DNA of 64,000 bases from Gammaproteobacteria bacterium (lineage in GTDB: Bacteria; Pseudomonadota; Gammaproteobacteria; UBA5335; SLRW01). A program made the translations under genes and the position numbers. How positions within the stretch are numbered: the first letter of the stretch is position 1; each line of letters begins with the position of its first letter. The notes below the pieces were generated by a model, which was not told the origin of the DNA, did no database searches, and saw only the letters and a list, made by a program, of their open reading frames with translations. Below are positions 63,914 through 64,000 of this stretch, one piece after another. The stretch is from assembly GCA_035638695.1 (NCBI GenBank), contig DASQZM010000021.1, positions 128,888-192,887 of the forward strand. Reading direction: 5' to 3'.

Positions 63914-64000
63914 ATGCGCCTAACCAGCGAACAGCCAGTACGCGACGTCTTCGGGGGCCGGACCCTGGCGGGTCTGATGTCGCTCTACGAGGAAAACTAT
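63914..64000 (+). CDS. Possible DUF1249-family protein, 3' end cut by window edge
   Basis: ATG 63914 opens MRLTSEQPVRDVFGGRTLAGLMSLYEENY. The L..LYE.NY pattern resembles the DUF1249 N-terminus. Only 29 codons are visible. Confidence 0.35.
   Translation, partial: MRLTSEQPVRDVFGGRTLAGLMSLYEENY

Overview
This is a visibly GC-rich, GC3-biased chromosomal stretch that reads as ordinary core genome. It looks like a halophilic gammaproteobacterium, but that placement is inferred from gene content only. I can support about 57 protein-coding genes, and most have clear family motifs.

Main gene groups:
- Methionine genes: a sahR-like ArsR/methyltransferase regulator translationally coupled to metH, with metC elsewhere in the window.
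- A form-II coxG-coxSLM-coxDE molybdo-hydroxylase cluster with a convergent xdhC-like gene.
- Ectoine genes: ectA-ectB and a separate ectD. No ectC is present in the window.
- Central metabolism: divergent ppsA/ppsR, and pgm.
- Membrane and lipid genes: cfa, a BON-domain protein, an AGPS-like FAD oxidase, mlaA, and tesB.
- The yadGH ABC-2 transporter.
- Several acyl-CoA enzymes and regulators of the TetR, MerR and AsnC-RAM types.
- A glycosyltransferase / methyltransferase / alpha-alpha-toroid cassette of unknown product.

I found no rRNA, tRNA, CRISPR array, IS element, integrase or recognisable defence island.

There are two decayed genes: an ERCC4-(HhH)2 nuclease and a fragment of an AMP-dependent ligase.

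The least explained sequences are two AT-rich elements flanked by inverted repeats, at 19255-19426 and 62016-62186. Their arm motifs are related.

I did not find a compelling new multi-gene system. The findings below are candidates, not demonstrations. All calls come from reading the ORF translations and the DNA by eye. Start codons were chosen from Shine-Dalgarno (SD) context or family alignment and may be off by a few codons.
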